A stretch of DNA of 64,000 nt from contig CALSBA010000009.1 in assembly GCA_943373065.1 (NCBI GenBank), positions 19,194 to 83,193 on the forward strand, given 5' to 3'. The translations under genes and the position numbers were made by a program. This document shows positions 11,888 to 22,177 of the stretch, one piece after another. The notes under the pieces are model-generated. The model searched no databases, was not told the DNA's origin, and worked only from the letters and a program-made list of their open reading frames with translations. The stretch's first letter is position 1, and every line of letters starts with the position of its first letter. The stretch comes from Synechococcus sp. UW140 (GTDB lineage: Bacteria; Cyanobacteriota; Cyanobacteriia; PCC-6307; Cyanobiaceae).

Positions 11888-13978
11888 ATGAGACTGGGGC
11901 TGCGGCCGATCAGGGGACTCTGGCGTCAGCTGTTGCGGCTCGAGCGTCCCCGCCAGGCCCTCGTGGCCTGGCGCAGCGGGGGCTCCCTGCTGGTCCTGTT
12001 GTGCTGCCTCCTGGTGGCCCTGCTCTCCAGCTGGCCCTGGTTGGTGGAGCCCAACCTGCGTCCCGGCATGGCGGCCCCCTTCACCGCCCGGGCGCCCGCC
12101 GACGCCACGGTCATCGACAGCACCGATCTGGAGCAGCGCCGCAGCCAGATGCTGCCTCGAAGCCAGGTCCAGGTGGTCGACCCCCAGGCCAGCGAGGCCC
12201 TGGTGCAACGGCTGGAGCAACGCCTCAAGAACGTGCGCGAGCAGGTGGCCGACGATCAGCCCCGCCCCGATTCCCTCAACCTCACCGACGAGGAGCGGCG
12301 CTGGCTGACGGGGCTGACGCCCCCCGGGCTGGTGGCCTGGAAGGTCTCCCTGCGCCAGGCCCAGCAGCGCATGCTCAGCCAGGGCGTCGTGGCCAGCCTG
12401 TCCGAGGGTCAGCTGCTGCAGGCCGCGGTGCTGCAGCTCAACGACCTGCCACCACCGGCCCGCAGCCTGGGCAGCCGCCTGCTGGCCAGCAGCCTGCAGG
12501 GACGCACCAACCTTCGCGGCGACAGCTTCCTCAGTCAGCGCCGGATCGAGGACCTGCTCACCCGCCAGGGGCTGCCCACGATCCGGGTGCGCAAGAACGA
12601 CCTGATCACCCGCCAGGGGGAAGCGATCAGCCCCCAGGCCTTCGATGTACTGGAGCACTTCGACCTGGTCAACCACCGCCCCCGGCCCCTGGCCTGGCTG
12701 GCCCGTTTCAGTGAGGCCCTGGCCGCCTGCGGTGTGATGCTCCTGGTGATGCGCCGCTGGCGGGCCAGCCTCGAACCCCGGCAGGCCCTGCTGGCCCTGG
12801 CGATGCTGCTGCTGGTGCAGGGGTGCAAGCTCTGGCTGGGCAGCCAGGTCAGTCCCCTCGCCCTGCTGGTTCCTCCCACCCTGCTGCTTTCCCAGGGCCT
12901 GGGCACGGCCGCCGGCCTGGCCTGGCTGGCCGTGGCCGCCATGCTCTGGCCGGCGCCGGTGCAGGGACTGCTGGCGACCCAGCTGGGGGTGGCGGCCTTG
13001 CTGGCGGCGATTGCGGCCGTGCTCGCCGGGCGCCAGCGAAACCGGGCCCAGCTGCTGCAACTGGCCCTGTTGCTCCCGGTCGGCGCCGTGCTGCTCCAGT
13101 GGCTGTTGATCCAGACGTTCAACCTGCGCGGCCTGGACACCTCCCCCGGACCGTTCAGCGGCAGCGACCTGCTCCAGGAGGCCCTGCTGGTCACGGGACT
13201 GCTGATGGCGGGTTTGCTGCTGGCGCCACTGGTGGAGAGCTTCTTCGGCCTGCTCACCCGGGCCCGGCTGATGGAGCTGGCCGACCTGGAACGCCCCCTG
13301 CTGCGGCGGCTGTCGATGGAGGCTCCGGGCACCTTCGAGCACACCCTGATGATCTGTGGCCTGGCGGAGGAGGGGGCCCGCGCCATCCAGGGCGATGTGG
13401 ATCTGATCCGCACCGGTGCCCTGTATCACGATGTCGGCAAACTGCATGGTCCCCATTGGTTCATCGAGAACCAGGAGAGCGGCGCCAACCCCCACGACGA
13501 ACTCGACGATCCCTTCGCCAGCGCCGCGATCCTCCAGGCCCATGTCGATGAGGGCCTGAAGCTGGCCCGTCGCTACCGCCTGCCCCGCCCCCTGGCGGAT
13601 TTCATTCCCGAACACCAGGGCAGGCTGAAGATGGGCTACTTCCTGCACCAGGCCAAGGAACGGGATCCTGCGGTGCGGGAGGAGCAGTTCCGCTACCGCG
13701 GCCCCGCCCCCCGCAGCCGGGAGACGGCCATCCTGATGCTGGCCGATGGCTGCGAAGCCGCCCTGCGCTCCCTGCCGCCGGGCACCACCGAGGCCGAAGC
13801 CCAGGCGATGGTGCGCCGCCTTGTCGAGGCCAGACAGAACGACGGCCAGCTCGACGGCAGCGGCATCTCCCGGGCGGAACTGGAGCTGGTGATCCGGGCC
13901 TTCGTGCGGGTCTGGCGGCGCATGCGCCACCGGCGCATTCCTTACCCCATCTCCCCCCGCAAGGCCTTCAGCGCCTGA
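11888..13978 (+). CDS. 7TM-HD family phosphohydrolase (PgpH-like, putative c-di-AMP phosphodiesterase)
   Basis: N-terminal TM, extracytoplasmic region, 7 TM block, then [24 protein letters not shown] and MLADGCEAA. Confidence 0.88.
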   Translation: MRLGLRPIRGLWRQLLRLERPRQALVAWRSGGSLLVLLCCLLVALLSSWPWLVEPNLRPGMAAPFTARAPADATVIDSTDLEQRRSQMLPRSQVQVVDPQASEALVQRLEQRLKNVREQVADDQPRPDSLNLTDEERRWLTGLTPPGLVAWKVSLRQAQQRMLSQGVVASLSEGQLLQAAVLQLNDLPPPARSLGSRLLASSLQGRTNLRGDSFLSQRRIEDLLTRQGLPTIRVRKNDLITRQGEAISPQAFDVLEHFDLVNHRPRPLAWLARFSEALAACGVMLLVMRRWRASLEPRQALLALAMLLLVQGCKLWLGSQVSPLALLVPPTLLLSQGLGTAAGLAWLAVAAMLWPAPVQGLLATQLGVAALLAAIAAVLAGRQRNRAQLLQLALLLPVGAVLLQWLLIQTFNLRGLDTSPGPFSGSDLLQEALLVTGLLMAGLLLAPLVESFFGLLTRARLMELADLERPLLRRLSMEAPGTFEHTLMICGLAEEGARAIQGDVDLIRTGALYHDVGKLHGPHWFIENQESGANPHDELDDPFASAAILQAHVDEGLKLARRYRLPRPLADFIPEHQGRLKMGYFLHQAKERDPAVREEQFRYRGPAPRSRETAILMLADGCEAALRSLPPGTTEAEAQAMVRRLVEARQNDGQLDGSGISRAELELVIRAFVRVWRRMRHRRIPYPISPRKAFSA

Positions 13979-14399
13979 GGCGCCGGCGGCCGAGCCAGCG
14001 GCCCACCGCCAGACCCACACACACCGCCATCAGCCCCCCCAGCAGGCTGATCAGCACCACGGCCAGGGCTTCGTCGGGGCGCCCGCGGCGCAGGGCCAGG
14101 CTGATCTCCAGCATCCAGCTGCTGAAGGTGGTGAGCGACCCACAGAAACCGATCCCCCCCAGCAACATCAGCCGCGGCCGGGGGGGCGGCAGCGCCGCGA
14201 TCACGCCGATCAGGAACGTGCCGAGCAGGTTGGCCACCAGATCGGACTCGATCAGCCCCGTAGGCACTCCCGCCAGGCCCTTGCCAAGTTCCTCGAGCTG
14301 CCAGCGCAGCAGGGCGCCAGGCACCGCGCCGGTGGCCACCAGCAGCAGATCCCGCGCCTCGCGGCGCAGGCTGGGGCTTCCGGTGGGGGACGGTGCCAT
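13968..14399 (-). CDS. crcB: Fluoride channel Fluc/CrcB (copy 2)
   Basis: GAVPGALLR, ANLLGTF and GFCGSLTTFSSW signatures. Confidence 0.9.
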   Translation of the reverse strand: MAPSPTGSPSLRREARDLLLVATGAVPGALLRWQLEELGKGLAGVPTGLIESDLVANLLGTFLIGVIAALPPPRPRLMLLGGIGFCGSLTTFSSWMLEISLALRRGRPDEALAVVLISLLGGLMAVCVGLAVGRWLGRRRLRR

Positions 14400-14408
14400 G
14401 GGTCCCAC

Positions 14409-14792
14409 CTAGGAGCTGCCCAGGGCGAGGCCGGCCGCCACGGCCAGCAGCCCCCCCAGCACCGAACCGCCGCAGAGGAGCAGGGCCTCCCGGCGTTGCC
14501 GCAGTTGCAGGGTGGCGTGCAGTTCGGCGATCCAGGTGGAGAAGGTGCTGAAGCTGCCCAGGAATCCCGTGCCCAGCAGCAGCAGGGTGCGGCCGGCCGC
14601 CAGGCCGCAGCTGGCCTGCAGACTCACCAGCAGGCCGATGGCGAAGCAGGCAATCAGGTTCACACCAAACGTGCCCCAGTGCTTGCGGGGCAGCATCGGC
14701 TCGAAATGGTTGACGACCCGGAACCGCAGCCAGGCCCCCGGCACCGCACCGAGCGCCACGAACAGGGCGTCGTTGCTGAAGGGTGCCGCCAT
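14409..14792 (-). CDS. crcB: Fluoride channel Fluc/CrcB (copy 1)
   Basis: GAVPGAWLR, GTFGVNL and GFLGSFSTFSTW signatures; tandem with the second copy. Confidence 0.9.
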   Translation of the reverse strand: MAAPFSNDALFVALGAVPGAWLRFRVVNHFEPMLPRKHWGTFGVNLIACFAIGLLVSLQASCGLAAGRTLLLLGTGFLGSFSTFSTWIAELHATLQLRQRREALLLCGGSVLGGLLAVAAGLALGSS

Positions 14793-14793
14793 C

Positions 14794-15099
14794 TCAGCCC
14801 TTTCCCCGGGGACCACCGCCCCAGCGCTCTCGCCCCTCCAGCAGGGCCCGCAGCTTGCGTTCCAGCACCACCGTCGCCGGCACCAGGGTGATCAGGTTGG
14901 CGACGATCACCGGCCCATCGGCCTTGAGCAGTCCGTAGGCGGCCCAGGCCAGGATTCCCAGGGTGAACAGGCCGTACATCCGCAGCGAGATGGCACTGGT
15001 GTCGCCGCTGCGCACCGTCTTCACGGCCTGGGGGAAGAGGCTGAGTGTGGTCAACGTGGCGGCCCCATAGCCCAGGGCACTGACCGCGAAGGACTCCAT
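14794..15099 (-). CDS. SemiSWEET (PQ-loop) transporter
   Basis: C-terminal 101 codons of the listed 14794..16527 ORF. Three TMs with TTLSLFPQAVKT, ISLRMY, WAAYG and VIVAN. ATG at 15099. Confidence 0.88.
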   Translation of the reverse strand: MESFAVSALGYGAATLTTLSLFPQAVKTVRSGDTSAISLRMYGLFTLGILAWAAYGLLKADGPVIVANLITLVPATVVLERKLRALLEGRERWGGGPRGKG

Positions 15100-15132
15100 T
15101 GGCGCCGGCCGTTGATGGGTGCAGCATGACGA

Positions 15133-15150
15133 CATTCCGCCCATTCCGCC
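15133..15150. repeat. Perfect 9-bp tandem direct repeat CATTCCGCC x2 in the divergent SemiSWEET / ATP-grasp intergenic region
   Basis: Read directly at 15133-15141 and 15142-15150; abuts the GTG at 15151. Confidence 0.8.
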
Positions 15151-16683
15151 GTGGTCTTGAGCTTCCGTGAACTGCAGGGGCAGCTGCGGGCTTCCTGGGG
15201 CCGGGAGCATGGCGAGGCCGGTGCCGGCGGGCCCGGTGCGGACTTCGATCTGCTGATGGTGCCCTCGCTCACCATGGATCCCTCCCAGCTGGCCCTGGTG
15301 ACCGGAGCCCACCACTACGAGGAACGGCAGCTGTTCTCCCTGATGCGGCTCCGCAACCCTGGGGTGCAGGTGGTCTACGTGACCAGCAAGCTGCTGCCGG
15401 AGTTGGTGGTGGACGCCGTGCTGGAGCTGATGCCCGGGGTCCCCACCTCCCATGCCCGCCGGCGCCTGCACCTGTTCGACACCGATGACGGTTCCGCCCG
15501 GCCGCTCACCCAGAAGCTGCTGGAGCGTCCGGCCCTGCTGGGGCGGATCCGGGAACAGCTCAGGCCCGGCCGCAGCTTCATCAACTGCTATGTGGTGACG
15601 GAGCTGGAGAAGACGCTCTCCGAACGCCTGCAGGTCCCCCTGCTGGGCACCGACCCGGCCCTGGGCTACTGGGGCACCAAGGCGGGCAGCCGGGAACTGT
15701 TCGGCCGCTGTGGCGTTCCCCATCCCCCCGGCACCGGGCTGGCCCACAGCCCCGGGGATCTGGCGGAGGCGGTGGCCGATCTCTGGGACGCGCACCCCGA
15801 GCTGGGCGGGTGCGTGATCAAGCTGAACGAGGGCTTCAGCGGTGAAGGCAATGCCCGGCTCGACTTCACCCCCCTGGCCCTGGCCGGCCTTTCCAGGCGG
15901 GAGCGGGTCGTGCGGCTGGCCGAGGCCCTCGAGGGCCTGCCGATGCCGGCCGACGCCTGGAAGGAGCTGCTGGCCCGGCAGGGGGCCCTGGCTGAGGCCT
16001 GGCTGGAGGGTGGTGCCGAGTTGCGGTCCCCGAGCGTGCAGGGCACGATTCACCCGGGTGGGCTGGTGGAGGTGCTTTCCACCCATGAGCAGATCCTCGG
16101 TGGCCCCGGCGGCCAGACGTACCTGGGCTGCTGCTTTCCCGCCGCCGAGCCCTACCGGGTGGCGCTGATGGAGCATGGCCGGTCCGTGGGCCAGGCCCTC
16201 GCCGCCGAAGGGGCCCTGGAGCGCTACGGGGTCGACTTCATCGCCCGCCGCTTTGGGGAGGTGTGGGATCTGCAGGCCATCGAAGTCAACCTGCGCCAGG
16301 GCGGTACCACCCATCCGTTCATGGCGTTGCGGGCGATCACCGCCGGCAGCCTGGAGCCCGCCACGGGCCGCTTCCTCTCCCCCACGGGCCAGCCGTTGCA
16401 CTACCGCGCCACCGACAACCACAGCGACCCCCGCCTGCGGGGCCTGATGCCCCTCGACCTGATCGACATCGTCGCCGAGGCCGGCCTGCACTACGACCCC
16501 GCCCGGCTGCAGGGCAGCGTGTTCCACCTGCTGGGGTGCCTCTCGGAGTTCGGCAAGCTGGGCATGACCTGCATCGGCCGCGATCCGGAACAGGCCTCGG
16601 CGGTCTACCGCTCCACCGTGGCCGAGCTGCTGGCCGGTGCCAGCGTCCGCAGCGGCGCCCCCCTTGTCCAGCTGGTCGGCTGA
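15151..16683 (+). CDS. PGM1-related ATP-grasp peptide ligase-like protein
   Basis: Pre-ATP-grasp-like N-terminus (VPSLT...HYEERQL), IKLNEGFSGEGN loop, SPSVQ and EVNLRQGGTTHP (ExNxR). Confidence 0.78.
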   Translation: MVLSFRELQGQLRASWGREHGEAGAGGPGADFDLLMVPSLTMDPSQLALVTGAHHYEERQLFSLMRLRNPGVQVVYVTSKLLPELVVDAVLELMPGVPTSHARRRLHLFDTDDGSARPLTQKLLERPALLGRIREQLRPGRSFINCYVVTELEKTLSERLQVPLLGTDPALGYWGTKAGSRELFGRCGVPHPPGTGLAHSPGDLAEAVADLWDAHPELGGCVIKLNEGFSGEGNARLDFTPLALAGLSRRERVVRLAEALEGLPMPADAWKELLARQGALAEAWLEGGAELRSPSVQGTIHPGGLVEVLSTHEQILGGPGGQTYLGCCFPAAEPYRVALMEHGRSVGQALAAEGALERYGVDFIARRFGEVWDLQAIEVNLRQGGTTHPFMALRAITAGSLEPATGRFLSPTGQPLHYRATDNHSDPRLRGLMPLDLIDIVAEAGLHYDPARLQGSVFHLLGCLSEFGKLGMTCIGRDPEQASAVYRSTVAELLAGASVRSGAPLVQLVG

Positions 16684-16727
16684 CGGCCTGGTCCGCTCAG
16701 GGCAGGATGGGTCAGCACAGGGGGCGC

Positions 16728-17222
16728 ATGGTCTCGATCACCGACCACGACGACGACGGCGCAGGGCGCCCCCCCCAGGCACCCCTGGGTCCGCCGGTCT
16801 GGACCGGCTGGCTCCAGATCGGCCTGAGCACCATGCTGGCCGTCCTCTTCCTGGTGATCCTGAGCAAGACGCAGGAGCAGAACCAACGGGTGATGCGGCT
16901 GGAGCAGCGCCTGCAGGGACTGGAGAACAGCCGCGCCCTCGATCGCACCTCCGTGCTGGAGGAGCAGCAGCGGGCGATGGTGGGACGGCTGCAGACGCTC
17001 GAAAGCGGCGCCCAGCGGCTGGAAGCGCTTGAGCGGCAGCAGGAGCAGTGGCGCTCCGCCCTGGCCGAGATGCAGAGCCGCGCCGTGCGCCGCCCCCAGG
17101 CCGATCCGGACCTCTTCCCGGCCGATCCGATGCCGTCAGCCGGCCCTGGCCGCCCCAGTTCCGCTCCGTCCGAGCGCGGTGATGGTGGCGTTCTGCGCCC
17201 GCCAGGGCCCGGCAGCCCCTGA
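16728..17222 (+). CDS. Hypothetical single-TM coiled-coil protein
   Basis: TM WLQIGLSTMLAVLFLVIL followed by heptad-rich LEQRLQGLE...LERQQEQW and a Pro-rich tail. ATG at 16728. Confidence 0.65.
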   Translation: MVSITDHDDDGAGRPPQAPLGPPVWTGWLQIGLSTMLAVLFLVILSKTQEQNQRVMRLEQRLQGLENSRALDRTSVLEEQQRAMVGRLQTLESGAQRLEALERQQEQWRSALAEMQSRAVRRPQADPDLFPADPMPSAGPGRPSSAPSERGDGGVLRPPGPGSP

Positions 17223-17248
17223 GGGCCATTCCACGATGACCGGGCGCT

Positions 17249-18085
17249 TCAGCCCTTCACCGCATCGCCGCTGGCGCTGGGCAGGATGTACCGCTGCAGC
17301 AGCACGAACAGCAGCAGCACCGGCAGGATCGAGACGACCGACCCGGCCGCCACCAGGCGCCAGTCGAGGGAGAAACTGCTGGCCAGCTGCTGCAATCCCA
17401 GCGGCAGGGTGTAGAGCTTGGGGTCGTCGAGAATGATCAGCGGCCAGAGGAAATCACTCCAGGTGCCGATGAACACGAACATCGCCAGGGTGATCAGGTC
17501 GGCCCGGGCCGCCGGCAGCATCACGTTCCACCATTCGCCGACGGGGGTGCAACCGTCGATCCGGGCCGCCTCCTCCAGTTCCACCGGCACCGCCAGGAAG
17601 CTCTGGCGCAGCAGGAAGATGCCGAAGGCCGTGGCCGCCTGGGGCACGATCAGGGCCCAGAGGGTGTTGCGCAGGCCGATCTGCACCATCAGCAGATAGA
17701 GCGGGATCATCACCACCTGGAAGGGGATCAGGATCGTGGCCACCACCAGGGCCAGCACCAGTCCACGACCGCGGAAGCGCATCCGGGCCAGGGGGTAGGC
17801 CGCCAGGGAGCAGAACAGCAGGTTGGCCAGGACCGCCAGGGCACTGACGATGGTGCTGTTGAGCAGGTAGGTGCCCATGGGATTGGCGGCGAAGAGGCGC
17901 CCGTAGGCCTCCAGGCTCGGCTGGCTCGGCAGCAGGGCCGGGGGGCTGGTGAAGATGTCCTCCGCCGGCCCCTTCAGGGAGGTGCTCACAAGCCACAGCA
18001 GGGGCAGCAGCAGCAACACCGCCACCAGCAGCAGCAGGGCGAGCTGCAGCCCAGTGGCCAGTGGCGAGCGGTTGGGGGCGTTCAC
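17249..18085 (-). CDS. Carbohydrate ABC transporter permease (MalG/UgpE-like)
   Basis: [23 protein letters not shown] motif [10 protein letters not shown] and WSDFLWPL. Confidence 0.92.
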   Translation of the reverse strand: MNAPNRSPLATGLQLALLLLVAVLLLLPLLWLVSTSLKGPAEDIFTSPPALLPSQPSLEAYGRLFAANPMGTYLLNSTIVSALAVLANLLFCSLAAYPLARMRFRGRGLVLALVVATILIPFQVVMIPLYLLMVQIGLRNTLWALIVPQAATAFGIFLLRQSFLAVPVELEEAARIDGCTPVGEWWNVMLPAARADLITLAMFVFIGTWSDFLWPLIILDDPKLYTLPLGLQQLASSFSLDWRLVAAGSVVSILPVLLLFVLLQRYILPSASGDAVKG

Positions 18086-19707
18086 AGACGCGGCAGTTCC
18101 GCCACCGGAAGGGGGGTCTTCTGGGGATGGAGCGGGGCGCGCTGGCTGCCGGAGACGAGCCGGTTGAGGGCGTTGACGAAGGCCTGGGCCGCCGCCACGA
18201 CGATGTCGGTGTCGGCGGCATGGCCCGAATAGAGCACGCCCTGGTGGCGCAGGCGGATGGTCACCTCGCCCATGGCGTCGATGCCCTCGGTGACGGACTT
18301 GATGCTGAACTCCACCAGTTCGTTCGGCACCTGGGCCAGGTGGTTGAGCGCCTGGCAGACCGCATCCACCGGTCCGGTGCCGATGGCCGCCTCGGTCAGG
18401 TCGATGCCGTCCCCGTCCCGCAGGGTGACGGTGGCGGTGGGCTGCAGGTTGGTGCCGCAGCTCACCTGCACCGACTGGAGGACGTAACGGGGCCGGTCCT
18501 GTTGCTGCACCTGCTCACTGACGATCGCCTCCAGATCCCGGTCGGTGATCTCGCGCTTGCGGTCGGCCAGTTCCTTGAAGCGGGTGAAGGCGTCGTCCAG
18601 GTCGTTGCGCTCCAGGCTGTAGCCGAGCTCCTCCAGCCGGGCGCGGAAGGCGCTGCGGCCCGAGAGCTTGCCGAGCGAGAGGCGGTTGTCGGCCAGGCCG
18701 ACGGTGCGGGCGTCGATGATCTCGTAGGTGAGCCGGTTCTTGAGCACGCCGTCCTGGTGGATGCCGGACTCGTGGGCGAAGGCATTGGCTCCCACGATCG
18801 CCTTGTTGGGCTGGACCGCCATGCCGGTGAGATTGGAGACCAGCCGGGAGGTCTTGGTGATCTCCTCGGTGCGCACGTTGGTGAGCGGATCGCGCTGCTC
18901 CGCCGGCCGGCCAAGGAACGGATTGAAATAGCTGCGCCGAACGTGCAGCGCCATCACCAGCTCCTCGAGGGAGGCGTTGCCGGCCCGTTCGCCGATGCCG
19001 TTGATGGTGCACTCCAGCTGGCGTGCGCCGTTCTTGACGGCCTCGAGAAAGTTGGCGACGGCCAGACCGAGATCGTTGTGCCCATGCACCGAGATCACCG
19101 CCTGGTCGATGTTGGGCACCGAGCGGTTGATGCCGGCGATGATCGCGCCGAATTCGGCCGGTGTGGTGTAACCCACCGTGTCGGGGATGTTGATGGTGGT
19201 GGCGCCGGCGTTGATGGCCGCCTCGATCACCTCGTGCATGAAGGCGGGGTCGCTGCGGCCGGCGTCCTCGCAGGAGAACTCCACGTCGTCGACCAGGGAG
19301 CGGGCATAGGCCACCATCTCCGCCGTGATGGCGAGCACCTCGGCGCGGCTCTTGCGCAGCTTGTGCTCCAGGTGGATGTCGCTGGTGGCGATGAAGGTGT
19401 GGATGCGGCGGCGGGCAGCGGGGGCCACGGCATCGGCGCAGGCCTTGATGTCGCCGCTGGCGGCCCGGGCCAGGCCGCAGATCACCGGCCCATCCGGGGT
19501 GCCCACGGTGGCGGCGATCTTTTGAACGGCGTGAAAATCGCCGCTGCTGGCGAAGGGGAAGCCGGCCTCGATGATGTCCACCCCCAGGCGGGCCAGCTGC
19601 TGGGCGATCGCGAGCTTCTCCTCGAGGTTGAGGCTGGCGCCAGGGGACTGCTCCCCGTCGCGGAGGGTGGTATCGAAGATCAATACCCGGCCGGGATCGC
19701 GGGCCAT
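18082..19707 (-). CDS. leuA: 2-isopropylmalate synthase
   Basis: [40 protein letters not shown] and the C-terminal regulatory domain GTGPVDA. Confidence 0.97.
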   Translation of the reverse strand: MARDPGRVLIFDTTLRDGEQSPGASLNLEEKLAIAQQLARLGVDIIEAGFPFASSGDFHAVQKIAATVGTPDGPVICGLARAASGDIKACADAVAPAARRRIHTFIATSDIHLEHKLRKSRAEVLAITAEMVAYARSLVDDVEFSCEDAGRSDPAFMHEVIEAAINAGATTINIPDTVGYTTPAEFGAIIAGINRSVPNIDQAVISVHGHNDLGLAVANFLEAVKNGARQLECTINGIGERAGNASLEELVMALHVRRSYFNPFLGRPAEQRDPLTNVRTEEITKTSRLVSNLTGMAVQPNKAIVGANAFAHESGIHQDGVLKNRLTYEIIDARTVGLADNRLSLGKLSGRSAFRARLEELGYSLERNDLDDAFTRFKELADRKREITDRDLEAIVSEQVQQQDRPRYVLQSVQVSCGTNLQPTATVTLRDGDGIDLTEAAIGTGPVDAVCQALNHLAQVPNELVEFSIKSVTEGIDAMGEVTIRLRHQGVLYSGHAADTDIVVAAAQAFVNALNRLVSGSQRAPLHPQKTPLPVAELPRL

Positions 19708-19804
19708 GGGGTTAAGCGGAACTGCTATGAGTTAGGCCCACTCTAGGGGCCGGCCGGGACGGCTCCGGGCGCGGAACGTACAGTGGCGCCACAGAGGTTT
19801 CCCC

Positions 19805-21370
19805 ATGGCCGCAGGCGATCTGGCCCTGGTGTTGCATGCCCACCTCCCTTACGTGCGATCGGGAGAACCGGGTTCGCTGGAGGAGGACTGGTACTTCCAG
19901 GCCTTGCAGGAATGCTATCTGCCCCTGCTGGCCGTGCTGGAGCGGGCCGCCGCCGACCCTGAGCAGCGCCCGAAACTCACCCTCGGCCTCTCCCCCACCC
20001 TGTTGTCGCTGCTGAGCGACACTGCCCTCAACGGACGCTTTCCGGCCTGGCTGGCCCTGCGCCGCACCCTGCTCGACCAAGCGGATCCGGAGCTGGAGCT
20101 GCCGGCGCGCCAGCTGAAGTCCACGCTCGCGGCCATCGAGGCCCAGTGGCGGCAGCTGGGGGGGAGCCTGCTGCCCGGGTTCCGGCGCCTGCAGGAGCAG
20201 GGGGTCCTCGATTTGATCACCTGCGGCGCCACCCACGGCTATCTGCCCCTGCTGCGGGATTCGCCCGAGGCGGTGCGGGCCCAGTTGCTCACCGCCGTGC
20301 GGGAGCATCAGCGGCTGCTCGGTGTGCGCCCCCTGGGGATCTGGCTGCCGGAGTGCGCCTATTACGAGGATCTCGATCGGCTCCTGGCTGAGTGCGGCTT
20401 GCGCTACTCCCTGCTCGACGGCCACGGCCTGCTCCATGGCCTGCCCCGACCGCGCTACGGGGTCTATGCGCCGATCTGCTCCACCGCCGGGGTGGCCTTC
20501 TTCGCCCGTGACAGCGAATCCACCCTGCCGGTGTGGAGTGCCAGCCAGGGCTATCCCGGCGACGGCGCCTACCGGGAGTTCCACCGCGACCTGGGCTGGG
20601 ACCTGCCGCAAGAAGCCCTGGAAGCCCTCGGCATCCGCGACCGGCGCCCCCTGGGGCTCAAGTTGCATCGGGTCAGCGCCCAGGGCTGTCCCCTGGAGCT
20701 GAAGCAGCCCTACGATCCGGAGCGGGCGGCGGACAAGGTGAAGGAGCACGCAGCGGCCTTTCTGCGGGGTCGCTCCGAGCAGGTGGCCCACCTGGCCGCC
20801 ACCATCGAGCCGCCACCGCTGCTGGTCGCGCCCTTCGATGCCGAACTGTTCGGCCACTGGTGGTTCGAAGGGCCCCAGTTCCTGGCCGAGCTGTTCCGCC
20901 AGGGCCCGGCGATGGATGTGGGCTTCACCCACCTGCGCGACGTGCTCAGCCAGAACCGGGCCCTGCAGGTCTGCCGGCCGGCCCCCTCCAGCTGGGGCCA
21001 GGGGGGCTACCACGACTACTGGCTGAATGACACCAACGCCTGGGTGGTGGCGGAATGGCAACGGGCGTCCCGCGCCATGGTGCAGCGCGTCAACCGGGGC
21101 GTGGGCAGCACCGAGCAGCGGGCCCTGCTCACCCAGGCGGGGCGCGAACTGCTGCTGGCCCAGAGCTCCGACTGGAGCTTCATCCTGCGGGCCGGCACCA
21201 CCACCGGCCTGGCCCGCGAACGGATCCGCCGCCACCTCGACCGCTTCTGGCGGCTGATCGATGCCCTCGAGCACGGCACCGACCTTCCCCGGGAGTGGCT
21301 GGTGGGGGTGGAACGGGAGGACGGGCTGTTCCCGGAACTGAACGCGGCCGACTGGGCGACGCGCGCCTAG
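19805..21370 (+). CDS. GH57 family glycoside hydrolase / branching enzyme (DUF1957)
   Basis: HAHLPYV, ATHGYLPL, WLPECAY (nucleophile), PFDAELFGHWWFEG (acid/base) and AQSSDW. Confidence 0.93.
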   Translation: MAAGDLALVLHAHLPYVRSGEPGSLEEDWYFQALQECYLPLLAVLERAAADPEQRPKLTLGLSPTLLSLLSDTALNGRFPAWLALRRTLLDQADPELELPARQLKSTLAAIEAQWRQLGGSLLPGFRRLQEQGVLDLITCGATHGYLPLLRDSPEAVRAQLLTAVREHQRLLGVRPLGIWLPECAYYEDLDRLLAECGLRYSLLDGHGLLHGLPRPRYGVYAPICSTAGVAFFARDSESTLPVWSASQGYPGDGAYREFHRDLGWDLPQEALEALGIRDRRPLGLKLHRVSAQGCPLELKQPYDPERAADKVKEHAAAFLRGRSEQVAHLAATIEPPPLLVAPFDAELFGHWWFEGPQFLAELFRQGPAMDVGFTHLRDVLSQNRALQVCRPAPSSWGQGGYHDYWLNDTNAWVVAEWQRASRAMVQRVNRGVGSTEQRALLTQAGRELLLAQSSDWSFILRAGTTTGLARERIRRHLDRFWRLIDALEHGTDLPREWLVGVEREDGLFPELNAADWATRA

Positions 21371-21376
21371 GAGCCC

Positions 21377-22126
21377 TCAGAGGATCTGATCCAGGAAACG
21401 CCGGGTGCGCTCGTGGCTGGGGTTGGTGAAGAACACCTCCGGTGCGGCCTCCTCCACCACTACGCCTTCGGCCATCAGCACCACCCGGTGGGCCACATGG
21501 CGGGCGAACTTCACCTCGTGCGTCACCACCACCATGGTGATGTCGTCGGCGGCGAGGTTCTGCATCACCTCCAGCACCTCCCGCACCATCTCCGGGTCGA
21601 GGGCGCTGGTGGGTTCATCGAACAGCAGGATGCGCGGTTCCATGCAGAGGGCCCGGGCGATCGCCACCCGTTGCTGCTGGCCCCCCGAGAGCTGGCCGGG
21701 ATACTTGCTCGCCTGTTCGGCGATGCCCACCCGCTCCAGCAGGGCCCAGGCCTGCTTCTCCACCTCGGCCTTGGGGCGCTTGCGCACCAGCACCGGGGCC
21801 AGGGTGAGGTTGTCGAGCACCGAGAGGTGGGGAAACAGGTTGAACTGCTGGAACACCATCCCCACCTCCCGGCGGACGGCGTCGATGTTGCGCAGGTCGT
21901 CGGAGAGCACGATGCCGTCGACGGTGATGCTGCCCTTCTGAAAATCCTCCAGCGCATTGAAGGTGCGGATGAAGGTGCTCTTGCCTGAGCCCGAGGGGCC
22001 CATGATCACCACCACCTCGCCGCGCCGCACCGTCAGGCTGGCGCCTCGCAGGGCCTGGAATCCGTTGGGATACCACTTCTCGACGGCCCGCGCCTCGATC
22101 ATCAGTTCGTTGCTGGGTTGGCTCAT
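21377..22126 (-). CDS. Polar amino acid ABC transporter ATP-binding subunit (AapP-like)
   Basis: [29 protein letters not shown] and VTHE. Confidence 0.95.
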   Translation of the reverse strand: MSQPSNELMIEARAVEKWYPNGFQALRGASLTVRRGEVVVIMGPSGSGKSTFIRTFNALEDFQKGSITVDGIVLSDDLRNIDAVRREVGMVFQQFNLFPHLSVLDNLTLAPVLVRKRPKAEVEKQAWALLERVGIAEQASKYPGQLSGGQQQRVAIARALCMEPRILLFDEPTSALDPEMVREVLEVMQNLAADDITMVVVTHEVKFARHVAHRVVLMAEGVVVEEAAPEVFFTNPSHERTRRFLDQIL

Positions 22127-22177
22127 GGGGCGGGAAGCGGGATCGGAGCGGGGGAGGTGGAAAAGGGGAACGCTGGC

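Noticed and set aside
11084-14020. 978-aa minus-strand ORF, and similar long ORFs such as 31827..34268, 29837..31879, 18061..19746 and 51511..53427
   Set aside because: Antisense or off-frame shadows of well-supported genes. Low-complexity A/G/R/P/Q/H content and no motifs; expected in high-GC DNA with few stop codons.
15100-15150. Fluoride riboswitch upstream of the crcB operon
   Set aside because: No GATGG...CGCC...TAATGAC pseudoknot pattern on the minus strand.
14794-16527. 577-aa ORF that would be a large SemiSWEET fusion
   Set aside because: Only the last 101 codons are SemiSWEET; the rest is antisense to the ATP-grasp gene.
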